The notes under the pieces were generated by a model, which did no database searches, was not told the DNA's origin, and was given only the letters and a program-made list of their open reading frames with translations. A stretch of 21,900 nt of DNA. Origin: Candidatus Calescibacterium sp. Lineage in GTDB: Bacteria; Calescibacteriota; Calescibacteriia; Calescibacteriales; Calescibacteriaceae. Below are positions 18,298 to 21,900 of this stretch, piece after piece. The stretch spans positions 1 through 21,900 of the forward strand of contig JAVVGL010000031.1 in assembly GCA_032249135.1 (NCBI GenBank), given 5' to 3'. The position numbers and the translations under genes are program-made. How positions within the stretch are numbered: the stretch's first letter is position 1; each line of letters opens with the position of its first letter.

Positions 18298-18672
18298 TTA
18301 GTTTATTCTACGCAATATATGCAAGACAAAAAATAAGCAGCCCAGAAACTGTAAAAACGAAGAAAGCACAAAAATATACTTCAAAACCTGAAAATAAAGA
18401 AAAGGCTCTGAAATAAACCTCAATAAAAGTCCCGAATTTAGCAGGATAAACGAGAGGAAAGTAATTTTGTCTTTTTCTTGTATTTTGATTTTACCTCTGG
18501 GGAACATCCAAAACGCAACTCCAAAAATCAAATTAGTTATCCATCCTAGCGTTATTGCATGAATTGATACAGGGAAAAAATTCGGAAGAAAAAAAGAAGC
18601 ACAAGAAAGCAAAACACCCAAACATAAAAAAATAAAAGCGGTTTTAACGAATAGCCTTGAAATATAAGGCAT
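18298..18672 (-). CDS. Four-TM membrane protein, single-unit heme-copper oxidase/NnrS-like (paralog 1)
   Basis: HAITLGWITNLIFGVAFWMFPR motif; four hydrophobic segments; LLNSGL matches LVNLGL of the paralog. Confidence 0.7.
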   Translation of the reverse strand: MPYISRLFVKTAFIFLCLGVLLSCASFFLPNFFPVSIHAITLGWITNLIFGVAFWMFPRGKIKIQEKDKITFLSFILLNSGLLLRFISEPFLYFQVLKYIFVLSSFLQFLGCLFFVLHILRRIN

Positions 18673-18767
18673 AAACCTTAAATTATCGTTAGAAATTTAG
18701 CATAAAATTAAAAAAATAAAACAAAAAGCAAAAGAAAAAAAGTTGCGTTTAAAGAAAGTTGGATTTA

Positions 18768-18795
18768 TTGCTTTTGTTTACTGACGAATTAAAAT
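18768..18795 (+). promoter_or_regulatory. Putative sigma70 promoter for tRNA-Leu
   Basis: TTGCTT (18768-18773), 16-nt spacer, TAAAAT (18790-18795); A-rich tract upstream. Confidence 0.45.
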
Positions 18796-18806
18796 TTTAG
18801 CTTTGA

Positions 18807-18892
18807 GCCGAGGTGGCGGAATTAGGTAGACGCGTCGGACTTAGGATCCGATGGGGTTTTCCCCCGTGCGGGTTCAAGTCCCGCCCTCGGCA
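18807..18892 (+). tRNA. tRNA-Leu (anticodon TAG), long variable arm; CCA not encoded
   Basis: Acceptor GCCGAGG/CCTCGGC, anticodon arm TCGGA-CTTAGGA-TCCGA, variable arm GGGG-TTTTC-CCCC, T arm GCGGG-TTCAAGT-CCCGC, discriminator A, followed by CCCTCA. Confidence 0.97.
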
Positions 18893-20271
18893 CCCTCACC
18901 TTTGACTTCCTCAATTTTTGCCTTCTCAACTCCCTTTATTTTCTCCTCTTCTTTCAGCTTTTCAAAGAAAATTCTTCTTGCTTCCTGAAATATTCTCTTT
19001 GCTTCGGCTTCGGAAAGTCCTGGGATTTCTTTTATTTTCTCAAAAGGAGCAAGAGCTATATCTTCTATGGTTCTGAAACCAGATTCCCATATGATCTGCA
19101 TCTGTTTTTCCCCTATACCGAGGCTCTTGAAAAAATCAGGTAGCATCTCTCTGAGCTTTTCTCTTTCGGATTCACTTCTGACATTTATCTTTATTCCCAA
19201 AAGTTCTGATGCAAGTTTGACATTTAATCCACCTCTACCTATGGCGATAGACAACTCATCGTCTGGAACAACAACGATTGCTTCTTTCTGCTCTCCCTCA
19301 GTTTTTCTGACCATGATAGCGGAAACCTTTCTTATACCAAGAGCATTAGTTATAAGCTGTTGAATATTTTCACTATATGGTATTATATCTATTCTCTCCC
19401 CCCCGAGCTCTTGAACCATACTCTTTATTCTTATTCCTCTTACACCAACACATGCCCCAACAGGGTCTATATTGCTATCCACAGATTCTACAAGGATTTT
19501 AACTCTAAAACCGGGTTTCCTTGCAATATTTCTTATTTTTATTATGCCTTGCTCCACTTCACTGACATTCTTTTTGACTATCTCCTCGACGAACTTTTTA
19601 TCTATTCTTGAAAGAATAACTTCAGTTCTCGTAAACATGCCTTCGTGCTTTATCCTCACATCTTTTATAACTGCTCTTACAGTATCTCCTTCACGCAGTT
19701 TAGAATCTTGGGGAGCTAATTCGCTCTGAGGAAGTATTCCGAGAACATTTTTACCCAGGTCAACATAAATAATTTTTTCTTTCCGTATTCTTTCAAACTC
19801 TATTTTTTTTACAATGCCAGCTACAAGCTGACCTTTTTTCTTTGAGAACTCCTGATATATTGACTCTTCAACTGCTCCTGATAACCTTGCCATAAGTAAA
19901 TTCCGCGCCACTTGCGTCCCTCTTCTACCCATAGATTTTGTATCAATTACTTCATAAGCTTCATCTCCAACTTCTGCAGTTGGATCAATCTTTCTTGCTT
20001 CCTCAAGTGATATTTCGGTGAGAGGGTTATTTACTTTCTCAACAACGGTTTTTTTCCTATAAATTCTGAACTCAGATTTCTCCTCGTCAAACTCAACGAT
20101 ATATTCGGCATCACCGAGAATTTCCTTTGCGGTCTGAGATAGAATATCTTTCATAGTCTGAATCAGCGTACTCATGCTTATTCCTCTTTCCTCAGCGAGA
20201 GCTTTAAGAGTGACCTTCAGTGGCTCTGGTTCTCCTTCCTCTATTTTGAGTTCTTTTTTCTTTGCCGCCAT
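18874..20271 (-). CDS. nusA: Transcription termination/antitermination factor NusA
   Basis: EISLEEARKIDP, S1 domain, ARKPGFRVKI, DPVGACVGVRG, LGGERIDII, AIGRGGLNVKLAS; one C-terminal HhH/acidic-repeat-like domain. Confidence 0.97.
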   Translation of the reverse strand: MAAKKKELKIEEGEPEPLKVTLKALAEERGISMSTLIQTMKDILSQTAKEILGDAEYIVEFDEEKSEFRIYRKKTVVEKVNNPLTEISLEEARKIDPTAEVGDEAYEVIDTKSMGRRGTQVARNLLMARLSGAVEESIYQEFSKKKGQLVAGIVKKIEFERIRKEKIIYVDLGKNVLGILPQSELAPQDSKLREGDTVRAVIKDVRIKHEGMFTRTEVILSRIDKKFVEEIVKKNVSEVEQGIIKIRNIARKPGFRVKILVESVDSNIDPVGACVGVRGIRIKSMVQELGGERIDIIPYSENIQQLITNALGIRKVSAIMVRKTEGEQKEAIVVVPDDELSIAIGRGGLNVKLASELLGIKINVRSESEREKLREMLPDFFKSLGIGEKQMQIIWESGFRTIEDIALAPFEKIKEIPGLSEAEAKRIFQEARRIFFEKLKEEEKIKGVEKAKIEEVKGEGAEGGT

Positions 20272-20278
20272 AAATCAG

Positions 20279-20330
20279 ATTTTAATGAAAATTTTTAAAA
20301 CAAAAAATTTTTCACAAATCAAATTAAAAT
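20279..20330. promoter_or_regulatory. Back-to-back -10 elements of the divergent nusA/proB promoters
   Basis: Minus-strand TAAAAT (20279-20284) 7 nt before the nusA ATG; plus-strand TAAAAT (20325-20330) 8 nt before the proB ATG; 67-nt intergenic region with no SD on either side. Confidence 0.55.
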
Positions 20331-20338
20331 CATTCAAA

Positions 20339-21448
20339 ATGAGAAGGGAGAAGGTAGTGATAAAGATAGGTTCCTCTGTTCTTGCAAATGAGCTAGAACC
20401 TGATAATGAGATATTTTACAAGATAGCAAAATCAATTTACGAGGTGAAGGTCACAAGTGAGAGTGAATTGAAAATCAAACTTGATGTTGTTATTGTTTCA
20501 TCTGGTGCTATGCTTTTTGGGATATTTGAGTTAGGGAAGAGGAACATACCTAAACTGATGAAAGAAAAACAAGCTTTGTGTGCAGTAGGACAACCAAAGC
20601 TTATGAGTATGTGGTCGGAGGCTTTCTCAAATTTCAATATCAAAACAGCCCAGATACTTCTTACACATGAGGATTTCTCATCAAAATCAAGAAGCCAGAA
20701 CATAAAAAACACAGTAGAAGAGTTACTAAAAATAGGTGTAATACCCATAGCTAACGAAAATGATACAGTTGCAACAGAGGAAATAAGATTAGGCGATAAT
20801 GATTTTTTATCTGTATATCTTGCGGCACTTATTGAGGCACAGAAACTAATAATAGCGTCAGACATAAAGGGAATAATAGATAGAAAAGGAAATATCATAG
20901 AAGAAATAAATTTTGAAGAGAATATATGGGAAAAGATAGAGGTGTTTGATACCGGAAAGAAAGTTTTTGCAGGAGGTATAAGTTCAAAGCTTTCGGCTGT
21001 AAAACTCGCATCAGAATTCGGAATAACTTCATTTATATTAGATGGTAAAAATCCCGAAACAATAAAACTTGCGATTGAAGGTAAAAATCCTGGAACCAAA
21101 ATTCTACCCAAAAAGAAAGGAGAAAAAAGAAAAATCTGGATAGCCAACATAATGAAAGGGAAGGGGCAGATTCAAATAGACCGTGGCGCCTACGAAGCTA
21201 TAAAAAAAGGAAAAAGCTTGCTTCCATCTGGAATAAAATCTGTATCTGGTGAATTTTCAAGAGGAGATATGGTGGAAATAGTTGTTGATGGAAAAGTTAT
21301 CGCACGAGGTATAACAAATTACTCATCAGCAGAAATAAACCTTATAAAAGGTAAAAAAACAAGTGAAATCGCAAAAATTTTAGGTTCTAAAAAAGAAGAT
21401 GAGGTAATTCACCAAGACAATATGCTTATTTTGGAGTCAGAAATGTGA
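20339..21448 (+). CDS. proB: Glutamate 5-kinase with C-terminal PUA domain
   Basis: VVIKIGSS, VSSGA, AVGQ, AQILLT, NENDTV, GDNDFLS, KSLLPSGI; start moved to ATG 20339 (MRREKVVIKIGSS). Confidence 0.96.
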   Translation: MRREKVVIKIGSSVLANELEPDNEIFYKIAKSIYEVKVTSESELKIKLDVVIVSSGAMLFGIFELGKRNIPKLMKEKQALCAVGQPKLMSMWSEAFSNFNIKTAQILLTHEDFSSKSRSQNIKNTVEELLKIGVIPIANENDTVATEEIRLGDNDFLSVYLAALIEAQKLIIASDIKGIIDRKGNIIEEINFEENIWEKIEVFDTGKKVFAGGISSKLSAVKLASEFGITSFILDGKNPETIKLAIEGKNPGTKILPKKKGEKRKIWIANIMKGKGQIQIDRGAYEAIKKGKSLLPSGIKSVSGEFSRGDMVEIVVDGKVIARGITNYSSAEINLIKGKKTSEIAKILGSKKEDEVIHQDNMLILESEM

Positions 21449-21475
21449 AAGATAAAAAAGATTGTTAAGTGTTTT

Positions 21476-21900
21476 TCAATCTTGGTTTAATCTCAAAATT
21501 TCTCTTCTTATATCTTCAATTATCTCTCTATTGTGTATATCTTTTTTATCTCCTTTTTTGATTGAGAAAATGATAAATACTTTTCTTCCAAATTTTTCTT
21601 CAAAATTTTTGTCAGTACGACTTAACCACTCTTTCCACTTATGTATCTCAGGTGTTTGGTTATATGTAATCGGTTTTATTTGCAAACCTATGTATTTTCC
21701 TTTTACTTCTATGTAAAAATCTATATTGTAAAGTCTATCCCATTCATCTGGTGCTGGCTTTATTTCTACACCTAACTCTCTCTGCAAAAGTTTATAAATT
21801 GTTTCCACCTCCGTCTGATACCCTTCAAATGTTCTATTTATCACGAGATTGTATATGTAGTTTATACAATCTTCTTCTGATACTTCATCTATTTCTGCTC
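21476..21900 (-). CDS. MjaI-family type II restriction endonuclease (partial, start beyond the right edge)
   Basis: Frame is open past the track start (AEIDEVSEEDCINYIYNLVINRTFEGY); PD-(D/E)xK-like core APDEWDRLYNIDFYIEVKGKYIGLQIKPITY as recalled for RE_MjaI proteins. Confidence 0.8.
   Translation of the reverse strand, partial: AEIDEVSEEDCINYIYNLVINRTFEGYQTEVETIYKLLQRELGVEIKPAPDEWDRLYNIDFYIEVKGKYIGLQIKPITYNQTPEIHKWKEWLSRTDKNFEEKFGRKVFIIFSIKKGDKKDIHNREIIEDIRREILRLNQD

Noticed and set aside
4360-18892. tRNA genes as integration sites of a genomic island or prophage
   Set aside because: No integrase or transposase and no duplicated tRNA 3' end seen; flanking genes are mostly housekeeping
20174-20338. 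Track's longer proB start overlapping nusA
   Set aside because: The extension is antisense to the nusA start and not kinase-like; family similarity begins at MRREKVVIKIGSS (20339)
20437-21150. 237-aa antisense ORF, and similar shadow ORFs inside bpsA, the acyl-CoA dehydrogenase, thiD, cobT, nusA and the RCC1 gene
   Set aside because: Fully overlap well-supported genes, show Ser/Phe/Ile-rich antisense composition and no motifs
1-21900. TAG stop-codon reassignment (no called gene ends in TAG)
   Set aside because: No recognised gene is interrupted by in-frame TAG; low TAG use is common; the TAG-anticodon tRNA reads Leu CTA and is not a suppressor

Overview
AT-rich bacterial chromosomal window, most likely from a thermophilic diderm (inferred from the BpsA-family branched-chain polyamine synthase, GC-rich tRNA stems and a C-terminal outer-membrane barrel protein). 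Housekeeping genes are scattered outside their usual operons: rpsB, cobS, tRNA-Glu, bpsA, acyl-CoA dehydrogenase, thiD, cobT, prfB (no frameshift), tRNA-Leu, nusA and proB. Accessory content comprises two TPR envelope proteins, a 1810-aa surface protein (Ig-like, MopE-type Cys/Asp repeats, FN3, exactly 21 RCC1/BLIP-II blades, Cys-TM-basic tail) coupled to a predicted beta-barrel protein, a tandem pair of single-unit heme-copper-oxidase/NnrS-like membrane proteins, and a partial MjaI-family restriction endonuclease. Main leads: (1) the triple-propeller surface protein plus barrel partner; (2) a recurrent TAnnnT-N6-8-ATG layout suggesting widespread leaderless mRNAs; (3) nusA ending inside an antisense tRNA-Leu gene; (4) two tRNAs lacking encoded CCA but sharing a CCCTCA trailer; (5) cobS apparently needing a non-canonical start codon. 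All calls are by-eye motif recognition; no database searches were run.
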